This document shows positions 48,021 to 58,517 of a DNA stretch of 64,000 nt, piece by piece. Numbering within the stretch: position 1 is the stretch's first letter; each line of letters starts with the position of its first letter. This stretch comes from an uncultured Gemmatimonadales bacterium (GTDB taxonomy: Bacteria > Gemmatimonadota > Gemmatimonadetes > Longimicrobiales > Longimicrobiaceae), in contig OY970303.1 in the NCBI GenBank assembly GCA_963716255.1, positions 6,272,001 through 6,336,000 on the forward strand. Reading direction: 5' to 3'. The position numbers and the translations under genes were made by a program. The notes under the pieces were generated by a model. That model was not told the DNA's origin. It saw nothing but the letters and a program-made list of their open reading frames with translations, and ran no database searches.

Positions 48021-51000
48021 CCTCCGTCGCGCGGTTCCTCGCCGGGCTCGCCCCCGCCCTCCCCGCCGTGCTCGTGGCGGCGGCGCTCGTCATCGTCCTC
48101 CTGCTGGGATGGGTGGTGCTGACGCTGCGGCGCTCCCGCTCCGGCGGGCCGGCCCCGGCCGCGTCCGCCGGGGGAGAGGGCGGCGGGGTGTCGTCGCTGC
48201 TCCACCTGCGGCGCTCCTTCACGCAGGGGGTGAAGACGCTGGGCGAGTACGTGCCCGGGCGCGACTTCCGCTACCGCGTGCCCTGGGTGATGGTGCTGGG
48301 CGAGGCCGATTCCGGGAAGAGCGCGGCCGTGGACGCCATCGGGCTGGACCGCCCCTTCGCCGTGCCGGTGGATCCCTCGGGCCCTGAGGCCGGGGTGCGC
48401 TGGGCGTTCTTCAACGAGGGCGCGCTCCTGGACGTTCCCGGCGACCTGCTGCTGCGCGCGGGGGGCGGCTCGGACGAGGCGGGGTGGAAGGTGCTCCTCC
48501 GCCTCCTCCAGGAGCACCGCACGGAGCGGCCGCTGGACGGGGTGGTGCTCGTCGTCCCCGCGGGCGACCTGGTGGGCCCCGGCAGGCTGGGGCGCGAGGC
48601 GCTGGTGGCGAAGGCGGAGGCCGCGTTCGGCAAGCTGTGGGAGGCGCAGAAGACGCTGGGGATGCGCTTTCCCGTGTGGGTGCTGGTGACGCAGTGCGAC
48701 CGGGTGCCCGGCTTCCGCGGGGTGTGCGCGCGCCTCCCGGCGCCGCTCCGGGACGAGGTGTTCGGGTGGTCGTCGCCGTACCCGGTGGACGCGGCCTTCG
48801 CGCCGGAGTGGGTGGACGAGGCGTTCGGCGCGGTGCACGCGGGGCTGTACGAGACGCAGGTGGAGCTGCTCTCGGGCGGGGAGGGCGGGGGCGACGCGGA
48901 CGCGGTGTTCCGCTTCCCGGCCGAGCTGCGGCAGGCCGCCGCGCCGCTGCGCACCTACCTGGCCGAGGTGTTCCAGAAGAGCGTCTACCACGAGTCGTTC
49001 TTCTTCCGCGGGCTGTACTTCACCGGCGACGAGAACGCGGACGCGCCGGATCCCTTCGCGGAAGCGGCGGAGGGCGCCGTCCCGGCCGCCGCCGCGGCGG
49101 CGGGGCCGCGCCACCCGGTGTTCCTCAGGGACCTGTTCGGCGCCAAGGTGTTCCCCGAGGGCGGGCTGGCCCGTCCCCTCCCGCAGACGCTGCGCACCCG
49201 CGGGCGCGCCGTGCGCTGGGCGCAGGCGGCGATGCTCGCCATCGGGGTGGTGGGCGGGGCGGGGCTGTACTTCGCGCACGGGCGGCTGCACGCCCACTCC
49301 ACGGAGCTGCACCGCACGATGGTGGCGATCGAGTCGCGGCTGCAGGCGGTGCACGAGAAGCAGGAGCACGGAGCCGCGGCCGGGCAGGGGCGGCGCGTGG
49401 CGTGGGAAAGGATGGGGGTGTCGCAGCTGGTGCGCGACATGGCGTCGGTGCAGGTGGCCCCCATGTGGTCGCTGGCGATGCCCACTTCCTGGTTCAGCGG
49501 CATCCGCGGCGACGTGGGGAACGCGATGACCGCGGCCTTCAGCAAGGTGGTGCTCCCCGCCACGCGGGACGCCCTGGTGCAGAAGGCGGACTCGCTGCTC
49601 CCCGCCGACGGGGTGGTGGCGAGCGCCGTGATCGGGGCCGAGGGCTCCGGATCGGACGAGCTGTACCGCTACGTGGGCGCGCTCCGCGACCTCAACGTCA
49701 ACGTCCGCCGCTACAACGCCCTGTCCGCCCACGACTCCGCCGGCGTGGAGGACATGTCCCTGCTGGTGGGCTACGCCTTCAACACCGAAGCGCCCGCCAT
49801 GACCCCCGGCCGGCACCGCTTCTACCGCCGCGCGCTCTCGGCGGCCACGGCGCGCCCGCTGAACGGCCCCGGGCGCAACCAGCGGGCGCTGGCCCGCAGC
49901 GACACCCTGGTGCGGCGCGCGTACGACGACCTGATCGCGCGGCTGAACCGGCTGGGGGAGCGCTCCCGCGCCGTGGCGCAGGCCCGCTTCGCCTCCAGCG
50001 ACGGGCTGGACGGCTTCCGCGTGCTCAACGAGGACATCACCGGGGTGCAGGGCTTCTTCGCGGACGACGAGTCGTACTGGCTGGACGACGGCGCTGCGCT
50101 GGGCCCGTCGCTCAGGGCTGTGCTGGACTCCATCCCCGAAACGCCCTTCCTCAGCGGCCGCGAGTTCCGCGACGGCTTCGCCGAGCGCTTCCAGGAGGCG
50201 CGCGCGCAGAAGCTGATGGGGCTGGAGGAGGAGATCCGCTCCTACGGCGAGGGGCTGGTGTCGCTGGCGCCGGCGTACGAGGGCGGCGACACCTCCGCCG
50301 CGCCGCGGGGGGCGCTGGTGCTGCGCGACGCGCTGCGCGTGCTGCAGCGGCAGAGCTTCTACGGCACCGACCCCGCCGTGTCGCTGCGCGCGGCCTCCCC
50401 GCCGGGCGCCTACGTGACCTGGGACCCGGCGTACCTGGACCGCGCGCTGTCGTACCACGCCGACTACGACCGCTTCGTGCAGACCGCGCTCAAGGACCTC
50501 CCCGTGGGGTCGCAGCAGTTCGTGCGGGGGCTGGCGACAGTGCAGCTGGAGGCGCGCATGGCGCGCAGCATCGCGCAGGGGGTGGCGGCGGCGCCCATCG
50601 GGCAGGCCTTCGGGGACCGGGGCGCCGCGCGCGAGCTGCGCGACCGCATCGGGGCGTCGCGCGCCGCGGCCGAGCGGGTGGTGCGCATCCTGACGGTCTT
50701 CAAGGCGCTGGGGATGGAGGAGCGCTACCGGGAGCTGGCGGGGACGCTGCTGGCGCAGGACGACACCTTCCTCCGCGAGGCCGACCTGATGCTGGAGCGG
50801 AGCGGGCTGTACGCCCCGCGCGGCGGCGACTTCGAGTGGTGGAACGGGAGCCGCCCGGTGGCGCCCGCCGCCTTCGCCGCCACCGACGCGCAGGGGGTGG
50901 ACGACTACCTGGCCGCGCAGCGCGCGCGGCTGCGGCAGCTCCTGGACTCGTTCGCCGCGCCGGTGCTTTCCGACCTGGAGGCGCCCGCGCTGCGCGACTT

Positions 51001-52075
51001 CGTGGCGAGCGGCGACGCCGAGGAGTACGTGTCCGCCGCGCGGGTGGCCAAGTGGCGCGCCATCGGCGCGCAGCTGGACGCCTACGAGGCGAAGACGCCG
51101 GGCAACTCGCTGGCGGCGCTGGAGCAGTTCGTCCGCGAGGAGATGAACGCGGTGGAGGTGGGCGGCTGCACGGCGGCGGGGCGGGGGCGGGGGGACGACT
51201 TCTTCCTGGCCGCGCGCGAGCGGCTGCGCGCCTCGCTCACGTCGCGCTGCCTGGGGCTGGCGCGCTCGGCGGCGTCCGCCGGCTACGAGCGGCTGCGCGA
51301 GCAGTTCCAGCGCACCCTGGCCGGGCGCTTCCCCTTCGCCGTACGCGACGACGGTGAGGCGGGGGAGGCCGGGCCGGAGGCGGTGCGCGAGTTCTTCCGG
51401 GTGTGGGACGAGACCGGCCCGGCGCGGCGGGCGGTGGCGGTGGGGGCCAGCGGCGTGGGGGGCGAGGGCTCCCCGGCGGCGGAGTGGCTGGCGCAGATGG
51501 AGCGGGTGCGCGCCTTCGTCGCCCCTCTCCTCGACGACACCCTGGCGGGCCCGCCCTACGCGGTGGCGGCGGAGTTCCGCTCCAACCGCGGCCGCGAGGC
51601 CGGCGCCGACCAGATCACCGCCTGGTCGCTGGACCTGGGCGGCTTCCGTCTGACGCCGTGGGACTCGGCCGGGAGCGTGGTCCCCTGGGAGCCGGGCGTC
51701 CCCGCGCGCCTGGGGCTGCGCTGGGCCACCGAGTCCGAGCTGCGCCCCTCCGCCGCGGGGCTGCGCGGCGCCCGCGTGCAGGACCGCACCGTGACCTGGG
51801 CGTACGGCGGCGAGTGGTCGCTGCTGCGCCTCCTCCGCCAGAACGCCGCGCCGCCGGCCGAGCTGGGCGGCTCCGCCGGCCGCGCCCGCCAGACGCTGCG
51901 CTTCCAGGTGGCGACGCTGCGCGGCGCCCCGGGCGACACCCTCGCCGGCCCGGCCGCCCGCGTGTACGTGCGCCTGCGCCTCCTGCACCCCGACACCCGC
52001 GAGGAACTGGCCGTGCCCGCCTTCCCCACCTCCGCTCCGTTCATGCGCGCTTCGCGCGCCGCGAGGAGCGACTGA
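48017..52075 (+). CDS. tssM: T6SS membrane subunit TssM (IcmF/ImcF family)
   Basis: PWVMVLGEADSGKS, RPLDGVVL, RFPVWVLVTQCD..PGF, FFRGLYFTG, GRFPF. Confidence 0.9.
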   Translation: MTSVARFLAGLAPALPAVLVAAALVIVLLLGWVVLTLRRSRSGGPAPAASAGGEGGGVSSLLHLRRSFTQGVKTLGEYVPGRDFRYRVPWVMVLGEADSGKSAAVDAIGLDRPFAVPVDPSGPEAGVRWAFFNEGALLDVPGDLLLRAGGGSDEAGWKVLLRLLQEHRTERPLDGVVLVVPAGDLVGPGRLGREALVAKAEAAFGKLWEAQKTLGMRFPVWVLVTQCDRVPGFRGVCARLPAPLRDEVFGWSSPYPVDAAFAPEWVDEAFGAVHAGLYETQVELLSGGEGGGDADAVFRFPAELRQAAAPLRTYLAEVFQKSVYHESFFFRGLYFTGDENADAPDPFAEAAEGAVPAAAAAAGPRHPVFLRDLFGAKVFPEGGLARPLPQTLRTRGRAVRWAQAAMLAIGVVGGAGLYFAHGRLHAHSTELHRTMVAIESRLQAVHEKQEHGAAAGQGRRVAWERMGVSQLVRDMASVQVAPMWSLAMPTSWFSGIRGDVGNAMTAAFSKVVLPATRDALVQKADSLLPADGVVASAVIGAEGSGSDELYRYVGALRDLNVNVRRYNALSAHDSAGVEDMSLLVGYAFNTEAPAMTPGRHRFYRRALSAATARPLNGPGRNQRALARSDTLVRRAYDDLIARLNRLGERSRAVAQARFASSDGLDGFRVLNEDITGVQGFFADDESYWLDDGAALGPSLRAVLDSIPETPFLSGREFRDGFAERFQEARAQKLMGLEEEIRSYGEGLVSLAPAYEGGDTSAAPRGALVLRDALRVLQRQSFYGTDPAVSLRAASPPGAYVTWDPAYLDRALSYHADYDRFVQTALKDLPVGSQQFVRGLATVQLEARMARSIAQGVAAAPIGQAFGDRGAARELRDRIGASRAAAERVVRILTVFKALGMEERYRELAGTLLAQDDTFLREADLMLERSGLYAPRGGDFEWWNGSRPVAPAAFAATDAQGVDDYLAAQRARLRQLLDSFAAPVLSDLEAPALRDFVASGDAEEYVSAARVAKWRAIGAQLDAYEAKTPGNSLAALEQFVREEMNAVEVGGCTAAGRGRGDDFFLAARERLRASLTSRCLGLARSAASAGYERLREQFQRTLAGRFPFAVRDDGEAGEAGPEAVREFFRVWDETGPARRAVAVGASGVGGEGSPAAEWLAQMERVRAFVAPLLDDTLAGPPYAVAAEFRSNRGREAGADQITAWSLDLGGFRLTPWDSAGSVVPWEPGVPARLGLRWATESELRPSAAGLRGARVQDRTVTWAYGGEWSLLRLLRQNAAPPAELGGSAGRARQTLRFQVATLRGAPGDTLAGPAARVYVRLRLLHPDTREELAVPAFPTSAPFMRASRAARSD

Positions 52076-53223
52076 TGGCCGCCGAGCGGCCCTTCGCGGT
52101 GGACGTGGGGCGCTTCCTCGCCCCGGTCCCCGGCCCCGACCCCGGCGGCGACCTGCTCCGCTACGAGGGGACCTACGACCGCATCCGGGACGCACGGCGG
52201 CAGGACGACCGCAGCGTTCCCCAGGGGATCTGGCAGCGCGACCTGAAGCAGGCCGACTGGAGCCGGGTGGAAGCGCTGTGCGCGGAAGTGCTGGAGACGC
52301 GCTCCAAGGACCTCCAGGTGGCCGCCTGGCTGCTGGAGGCGTGGATGCACCTGCACGGCTTCGCCGGGGTGCGCGAGGGACTGGCCGTGATCCACGCCCT
52401 GGCGCGGACCTTCTGGGACGCGCTTCACCCCCGCCTGGACGACGACCCGGAGGCGCGCGGGCCGGTCTTCGACTGGATCAACGAGCGGCTCACGCTCACG
52501 CTCGCCGGGATCAAGCTGACCCGCCCGGAGGCCGCGGACGCGCTCCCCTATTCGTGGTTCGAGTGGCAGGAGGCGCTGCGCACGGAGAACCAGGCCCGCA
52601 GGGAGGGCGGCGGGCAGCCCAGGAAGCCGGACCCGCGCAAGGCCGCGGAGAACACCGAGCCGGCGCTGACCCGCGGGCGCGTGAGCGCCAGCGTCACGCT
52701 GACGCCGCGCCGCTTCTACGAGGGCGTGTCCCGCGACCTGCGCGAAGCCATCGAGACCGCGCATGCCCTGCAGTCGCTGCTGGACGAGCGGCTGGGGCGC
52801 GGCGGGCCCAGCCTGGTGCGCTTCACCGGGACGCTCACCGCGATCCACGACTGGGTCAAGCTGGTCCTGGAAGACAAGCCGGTCCCCGAAGAAGAACAGG
52901 AGCCCGAAGCGGCGCCCGCCCCGCGGGCGCCCTCGCCGGAAAACCAGGAGGCGCCCGTGAAGATCGAGGTCGAGGGAGAGGGGCCGGTCCGCCGGACGCG
53001 CACCATCTCCAGCCGCGACGAAGCGTACCGGATGCTCTCGGAGGTGTCCGAATACCTCATCCGAACCGAGCCCCACAGCCCCACCCCATTCCTCCTGCAG
53101 CGCGCCGTCGCCTGGGGGGGGATGTCGCTCTCGGACCTCCTCGTGGAGTTCCTGAGGGACGGGTACGACCTGAAGACGCTGCGCGTCTTCCTCGGCATGG
53201 TCGAGCCCGGCAATACCCGCTGA
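52075..53223 (+). CDS. tssA: T6SS TssA (ImpA_N domain)
   Basis: LLRYE..YDRIRDARR, ADW, SKDLQVAAW; EPHSP..LLQRAVAWG. Confidence 0.92.
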   Translation: MAAERPFAVDVGRFLAPVPGPDPGGDLLRYEGTYDRIRDARRQDDRSVPQGIWQRDLKQADWSRVEALCAEVLETRSKDLQVAAWLLEAWMHLHGFAGVREGLAVIHALARTFWDALHPRLDDDPEARGPVFDWINERLTLTLAGIKLTRPEAADALPYSWFEWQEALRTENQARREGGGQPRKPDPRKAAENTEPALTRGRVSASVTLTPRRFYEGVSRDLREAIETAHALQSLLDERLGRGGPSLVRFTGTLTAIHDWVKLVLEDKPVPEEEQEPEAAPAPRAPSPENQEAPVKIEVEGEGPVRRTRTISSRDEAYRMLSEVSEYLIRTEPHSPTPFLLQRAVAWGGMSLSDLLVEFLRDGYDLKTLRVFLGMVEPGNTR

Positions 53224-53316
53224 GCGGCGCGCGCCGCCCGGCACCCACGGTCCCCACCACCCTCCTCGGTCCCGAGGGGGTGAGCCTTTCACCACTTCCC
53301 TGAAGGAGTGCCCCCC

Positions 53317-53859
53317 ATGGCCGAGAGCACGCAGCACAAGCTCGACCGGATCCGTCCTCCCCGCGTCCAGATCACCTACGACGTGGAGATCGGCGACGCC
53401 ATCGAGAAGAAGTCGCTCCCGCTGGTCGTCGGCGTCATGGCCGACCTGTCCGGAAAGCCCTCCGAGGCGCCCCCGGTCCTCAAGAAGCGCAAGTTCGTCC
53501 AGATCGACCGCGACAACTTCAACGAGGTGATGAAGGCCGCCGCGCCGCGCCTGGAGCTGGACGTGGACGACCGGCTTTCCGCGGACGGCGGCAGGCTCAA
53601 GGTGGAGATCAGCTACGACCGGATGCTGGAGACCGCCCAGAAGGGCGAGGATGCCCCGGCCGGGCTGGACATGTTCTCCCCCATCCACATCATCCGCCAG
53701 GTGGAGCCGCTCCACAGGCTGCTGGAGGCCCGCAAGCACCTGGACGACCTGCTCACCAAGCTGGACGGCAACGACGACCTCGACCGGCTGCTCCAGGACG
53801 TCCTGAAGAGCACCGAGAAGCTGAAGCAGCTCAGCCCCCCGGCCCCGGACGCGGCCTGA
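53317..53859 (+). CDS. tssB: T6SS sheath small subunit TssB
   Basis: RPPRVQITYDVE, LPLVVGVMADLSG, IDRDNF. Confidence 0.95.
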   Translation: MAESTQHKLDRIRPPRVQITYDVEIGDAIEKKSLPLVVGVMADLSGKPSEAPPVLKKRKFVQIDRDNFNEVMKAAAPRLELDVDDRLSADGGRLKVEISYDRMLETAQKGEDAPAGLDMFSPIHIIRQVEPLHRLLEARKHLDDLLTKLDGNDDLDRLLQDVLKSTEKLKQLSPPAPDAA

Positions 53860-53911
53860 CCGGCCCGCATCCCAGACCTCCCTCGAACGCCCCACAGGAG
53901 CGACCCGAACC

Positions 53912-55417
53912 ATGCCCGACACCAAGAAAGCGGCCGACGGCGGCGCCGCCGTGGCCGATGATCGTCCCCTCCTCGACCTGATCATCGAGGACGGCAAGAT
54001 GGCCCGCCACCCGGACCAGAAGGTCTACGCGCAGAAGCTGGTGGGCGAGCTGGCGACGCAGGCCCTCGCCAGCGAGAAGCTGCAGGTGAAGCCGGACGTG
54101 ACCGAGCCGGTGGACCTCACCGCCGCCATCAAGGTCCGCATCGCGGAGCTCGACAAGCAGATCAGCGACCAGCTCAACGCGATCATGCACGCCCCGGAGT
54201 TCCAGAGGCTGGAGGCCACCTGGCGCGGCCTGCACCACCTGGTGATGAACTCCGAGACCGGGACGCAGCTCAAGCTGCGCGTCCTGAACGCCACCAAGAA
54301 GGAGCTGGGGAGCGACCTGGAGAAGGCCGTGGAGTTCGACCAGAGCTCCCTCTTCAAGATGATCTACGAGGAGGAGTACGGCACCTTCGGCGGGCACCCG
54401 TTCGGCCTGCTGATCGGCGACTACGAGTTCGGCCGCCACCCGCAGGACGTGGCGATGCTGGACCGGATGTCCAACGTGGCCGCCGCGGCGCACGCGCCCT
54501 TCATCGCCGCCGCCAGCCCGCTGCTGTTCGACATGGAGTCGTTCACCGAGCTGGGCGTGCCGCGCGACATGGCGAAGATCTTCGAGAGCGCCGAGCTGGC
54601 TTCGTGGCGGTCGTTCCGCGCCAGCGAGGACTCGCGCTACGTGGCGCTGTGCCTCCCGCACATCCTCCTGCGTCTGCCCTACGGCGCCAAGACGCAGCCG
54701 GTGGAGGGCGTCGGCTTCGAGGAGGACGTGAGCGGCAGGGACCACTCCAAGTACCTGTGGGGCAACGCCGCCTGGGCCCTGGGGGTGCGCATCACCACCG
54801 CCTTCGCGCAGCACGCCTGGTGCGCCGCGATCCGCGGGGTGGAGGGCGGCGGGATGGTGGAGAAGCTCCCGGTCCACAACTTCTCCACGGACGACGGCGA
54901 CGTGGCGCTCAAGTGCCCCACGGAGATCGCCATCACCGACCGCCGCGAGAAGGAGCTGAACGACCTGGGCTTCATCGCCCTGTGCCACTGCAAGGGCGAG
55001 GACTACGCGGCGTTCTTCGGCGGGGCCACCACCCAGAAGTTCAAGTCCTACGTGGACGACAAGGCCAACGCCAACGCCCGCCTGTCGGCGCAGCTCCCGT
55101 ACGTGCTGGCCGCTTCCCGCTTCGCGCACTTCCTCAAGGTGATCATGCGCGACAAGGTGGGGAGCTTCCAGAGCCGCTCCTCGGTGGAGCAGTTCCTCAA
55201 CAAGTGGATCGCGCAGTACGTGCTGCTCAACGACGACGCGCCGCAGGCGGCGAAGGCGAAGTTCCCGCTGCGCGAGGCCCGCGTGGACGTGACCGAGGTC
55301 CCGGGCAAGCCGGGCAGCTACAACGCCACCGTCTTCCTGCGCCCGCACTTCCAGCTCGAGGAGCTGACGGCCTCCATCCGCCTGGTGGCGGAGCTGCCGC
55401 CCCCGGCGGCCGCGTAG
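53912..55417 (+). CDS. tssC: T6SS sheath large subunit TssC
   Basis: FQRLEATWRGL, YEEEYGTFGG, IRGVEGGG, LRPHFQLEEL. Confidence 0.96.
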   Translation: MPDTKKAADGGAAVADDRPLLDLIIEDGKMARHPDQKVYAQKLVGELATQALASEKLQVKPDVTEPVDLTAAIKVRIAELDKQISDQLNAIMHAPEFQRLEATWRGLHHLVMNSETGTQLKLRVLNATKKELGSDLEKAVEFDQSSLFKMIYEEEYGTFGGHPFGLLIGDYEFGRHPQDVAMLDRMSNVAAAAHAPFIAAASPLLFDMESFTELGVPRDMAKIFESAELASWRSFRASEDSRYVALCLPHILLRLPYGAKTQPVEGVGFEEDVSGRDHSKYLWGNAAWALGVRITTAFAQHAWCAAIRGVEGGGMVEKLPVHNFSTDDGDVALKCPTEIAITDRREKELNDLGFIALCHCKGEDYAAFFGGATTQKFKSYVDDKANANARLSAQLPYVLAASRFAHFLKVIMRDKVGSFQSRSSVEQFLNKWIAQYVLLNDDAPQAAKAKFPLREARVDVTEVPGKPGSYNATVFLRPHFQLEELTASIRLVAELPPPAAA

Positions 55418-55514
55418 GCACGACCCGACCGTTCCGGCGCCGGGGGAGGGGCGCGAGCCTCCTCCCCCGCTCCGGACCTCCTGAACACCGCGACACCCAA
55501 ACGAAGAGGCAACG

Positions 55515-56006
55515 ATGGCGGACGTAATCATGCTGAGCATCACCGACGTGCCCGGGACCAGCCAGATCACCGGCTACGAGGAGCAGATCGAGGTGCTCTC
55601 GTACTCGCACGGCGTCTCGCAGCAGGTGACGGGCGACGTGACCTACACGGAGCGCACCTCGGGGCGCCCCATGCACCAGGACTTCCACATCACCAAGTAC
55701 CTGGACAAGGCGACCCCGCTGCTCAACCAGAAGTGCTGCGAGGCCACCAACCTGGGCCAGGTGATCATGACGGTGGGCCGCAACGACGCCGGCGCCGTGA
55801 TCCCGCTCATCATCTACACCATGGAGGCGGTGATCATCTCCTCGGTGTCGGTGGGCGGCGGCGGCGGCGACAAGCCGGTGGAGAGCCTTTCGCTGAACTA
55901 CGCGGCCATCAAGTGGGACTACACGGCGCAGGCGGAGGAGAGCGGCGAGGCCGGCACCGTTTCCGGCGGGTGGGACGTTTCGGCCAACGCGCTGCCGGCT
56001 GCCTGA
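55515..56006 (+). CDS. hcp: T6SS tube protein Hcp
   Basis: IEVLSYSHG, TKYLDKATP, ESLSLNYAAIKWDY, GWD. Confidence 0.92.
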   Translation: MADVIMLSITDVPGTSQITGYEEQIEVLSYSHGVSQQVTGDVTYTERTSGRPMHQDFHITKYLDKATPLLNQKCCEATNLGQVIMTVGRNDAGAVIPLIIYTMEAVIISSVSVGGGGGDKPVESLSLNYAAIKWDYTAQAEESGEAGTVSGGWDVSANALPAA

Positions 56007-56014
56007 CGCGGCAC

Positions 56015-56485
56015 GTGCGCCAACCGAAGCACACGCGGGGCGCGAGGGCGCCGCTCTTCGACCGGCTGGTGGATCTCGATCCCCTGTCGAAAACGGAGGC
56101 GGAGCCCCTTCGCGTCCTGGACCGGGACGACCTCCTGGCGTCGGTGCGCCGGGAGGTCGGCCGGCTCCTGAACACCCGCTGCACGCTCACCCTGGAGGAG
56201 ATGGAGGGGCGGGAGCGGACCGTTCTGGAGTACGGCCTCCCCGACTTCTCGCACCTGCACACCCGCGACCCGCGCGCGCACGAGGCGCTCGCGGAGCGCA
56301 TTCGCGAGACGGTGGCGGCCTACGAGCCGCGGCTCCGCCAGGTGCGGATCGCCGTGGAGCCGCTGCGCAACAGCCAGCGCGAGCTGCTGGTGCGCGTGGA
56401 CGCCCTTCTGGTGATCGGCGACGTGACGGAAGCGGTGAGCTTCCCCGTCGCCATCGAGGACGCCTTCGCGGGAGGCGCGTCGTGA
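56015..56485 (+). CDS. tssE: T6SS baseplate subunit TssE (gp25-like)
   Basis: LFDRL, LLNTR, YGLPD, YEPRL; GTG start inferred. Confidence 0.88.
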   Translation: MRQPKHTRGARAPLFDRLVDLDPLSKTEAEPLRVLDRDDLLASVRREVGRLLNTRCTLTLEEMEGRERTVLEYGLPDFSHLHTRDPRAHEALAERIRETVAAYEPRLRQVRIAVEPLRNSQRELLVRVDALLVIGDVTEAVSFPVAIEDAFAGGAS

Positions 56486-56541
56486 GCCGCCTCGCGAAGC
56501 GAGCGGCGCAGCGATCCCCCGGGCCCACGCGCCGAACCCGC

Positions 56542-56669
56542 GTGAGGGATTTCGGCCCGAAGGGGCGAGACTCCACGGCAGTATCGTGGAGGCTCGACTC
56601 CGTTACGCAGCGTTGTTTGCTGCGTTACGGAGCCGAAGCCCGACCCCGGCGCCAGCCGGGGGCACGCCC
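56542..56669 (+). repeat. Structured intergenic repeat, copy 7 (between tssE and tssF)
   Basis: Matches the scaffold. Confidence 0.95.
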
Positions 56670-56705
56670 GAGCCCTGCTTTTCTTTCTCCAGACCGAGAC
56701 CCGGA

Positions 56706-58517
56706 ATGACCCGCCGCGCACAGGAGGAGCTGCTGGACCTGTACCAGGCGGAGCTGAGCTACCTCCGCCAGTCGGGATCGGCGTTCGCGGAGATGTACCC
56801 CAAGGTGGCGGGACGGCTGGAGCTGGGCGGGGACGAGAGCCCCGACCCGCACGTGGAGCGGCTGATCGAGGCGTTCGCCTTCCTCACCGCCCGCATCCAG
56901 CACAACCTGAACGAGGAGTTCCCGGAGATCACGTCGTCGCTCCTGGACGTCCTCTACCCCCACTACCTGTGCCCCGTCCCCTCCACCACGGTGGCGCGGA
57001 TGGAGGTGGACCCCGCCCAGGGGAAGCTGACGACGGGGCACCTGGTCCCCCGCCACACGCCGCTCTTCGCGCAGACGCGCGACGGGCTGCACTGCCGCTT
57101 CCGCACCTGCTACCCGGTGACGCTGTGGCCGGTGGAGGTGGCGTACGCGGGCTTCGAGAGCGTGGACCGCTACGACTTCCTGGACGGGATGCCGGGGGTG
57201 GCCACGGTGCTGCGCATTCGCGTGGAGTCGCTGGGCGGCTCGCTGCGCGAGCTGGACCTGCGGCGCCTGCGCTTCTACCTGGACGGGGAGATGCGCACCG
57301 CGTCGGTGCTGTACGAGCTGCTCTTCGCGCACGCGACGCGCGTGGCGATCCTCCCCGAGGGCGCGGACCGCGCGGTGTTCCTCCCGCAGCCGTCGCTCCT
57401 CCCGGTGGGGCTGGGCGCGGACGAGGAGGTGCTCCCGTATCCGCCGCACTCGCACCCGGGGTACCGGCTCCTCCAGGAGTACTTCACGGCGCCGCGCAAA
57501 TTCCTCTTCTTCGACGCGGACCACCTGGACGCGCACCGCTCGGAGCGGCACTTCGACCTGCTGGTGCTGCTGGACCGGCTCCCCCCGGACCGACTGGCGG
57601 TGGACCGGCGCAACTTCGTGCTGGGGTGCACGCCGGTGGTGAACCTGTTCCGCCGCACCACGGAGCCCATCCGCCTGCACCACCGCGCCTCCGAGTACCG
57701 CCTGGTCCCCGACGTGCGCCGCGAGCGCACCACCGAGGTCCACTCGATCCAGCGCGTCTCGGCGGTCTCGGACCGGCACGACGAGACGCAGGTGATCGAG
57801 CCGTTCTACTCGTTCTCGCACGGGGACCGGGGGCGCGGGCCGCGGGCCTTCTGGACGGCGCGGCGCCGCCCCACCGGGCGCAAGGACGTGCCGGGGACGG
57901 AGATGTGGCTGTCGTTCCTGGACCTGGACTTCAGGCCGGCGGAGCCGGGCACGCAGACGGTGTACGCCCACACGCTGTGCACCAACCGGCGGCTGGCGGA
58001 GCAGCTCCCGGACGGCGCGCTGCTGCAGATCGAGGAGTCGGCGCCGCTGCACCGCATCGTGGCGCTGCACGCGCCCACGCGGCAGCTGGACCCGGCGCTG
58101 GGCGGGGCGGCCCAGTGGCGGCTGATCTCGCACCTGTCGCTCAACCACCTGTCGCTGGAGGGCGGGCGCGACGGGCTCAAGGCGCTGCGCGAGATCCTGC
58201 GCCTGTACGCGGCCTTCGGGCAGCCGTCCATCCACGAGCAGATCATGGGGATCCGCGACATGGAGTGCCGCCGCGTGGTGCGGCGCGTGGGCGCGGACGC
58301 CTGGCGGGGCTTCTGCCGGGGGACGGAGGTGGCGCTGACCTTCGACGAGGAAGCGTTCGCGGGGACCAGCGCCTTTCTCCTGGCGACGGTGCTCAACCAC
58401 TTTTTCGGGCTGTACGCCTCGGTGAACTCCTTCACCCAGACAGTGGCCCGCAGCCGGCAGCGCGAGGGGACCTGGAAGCGATGGGAGCCGAGGGCGGGGA
58501 AGCAGGTCGTCCTGTAG
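56706..58517 (+). CDS. tssF: T6SS baseplate subunit TssF
   Basis: DPHVERLIEAFAFL, GYRLLQEYF, WRLISHLSLN, YASVNSF. Confidence 0.95.
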   Translation: MTRRAQEELLDLYQAELSYLRQSGSAFAEMYPKVAGRLELGGDESPDPHVERLIEAFAFLTARIQHNLNEEFPEITSSLLDVLYPHYLCPVPSTTVARMEVDPAQGKLTTGHLVPRHTPLFAQTRDGLHCRFRTCYPVTLWPVEVAYAGFESVDRYDFLDGMPGVATVLRIRVESLGGSLRELDLRRLRFYLDGEMRTASVLYELLFAHATRVAILPEGADRAVFLPQPSLLPVGLGADEEVLPYPPHSHPGYRLLQEYFTAPRKFLFFDADHLDAHRSERHFDLLVLLDRLPPDRLAVDRRNFVLGCTPVVNLFRRTTEPIRLHHRASEYRLVPDVRRERTTEVHSIQRVSAVSDRHDETQVIEPFYSFSHGDRGRGPRAFWTARRRPTGRKDVPGTEMWLSFLDLDFRPAEPGTQTVYAHTLCTNRRLAEQLPDGALLQIEESAPLHRIVALHAPTRQLDPALGGAAQWRLISHLSLNHLSLEGGRDGLKALREILRLYAAFGQPSIHEQIMGIRDMECRRVVRRVGADAWRGFCRGTEVALTFDEEAFAGTSAFLLATVLNHFFGLYASVNSFTQTVARSRQREGTWKRWEPRAGKQVVL

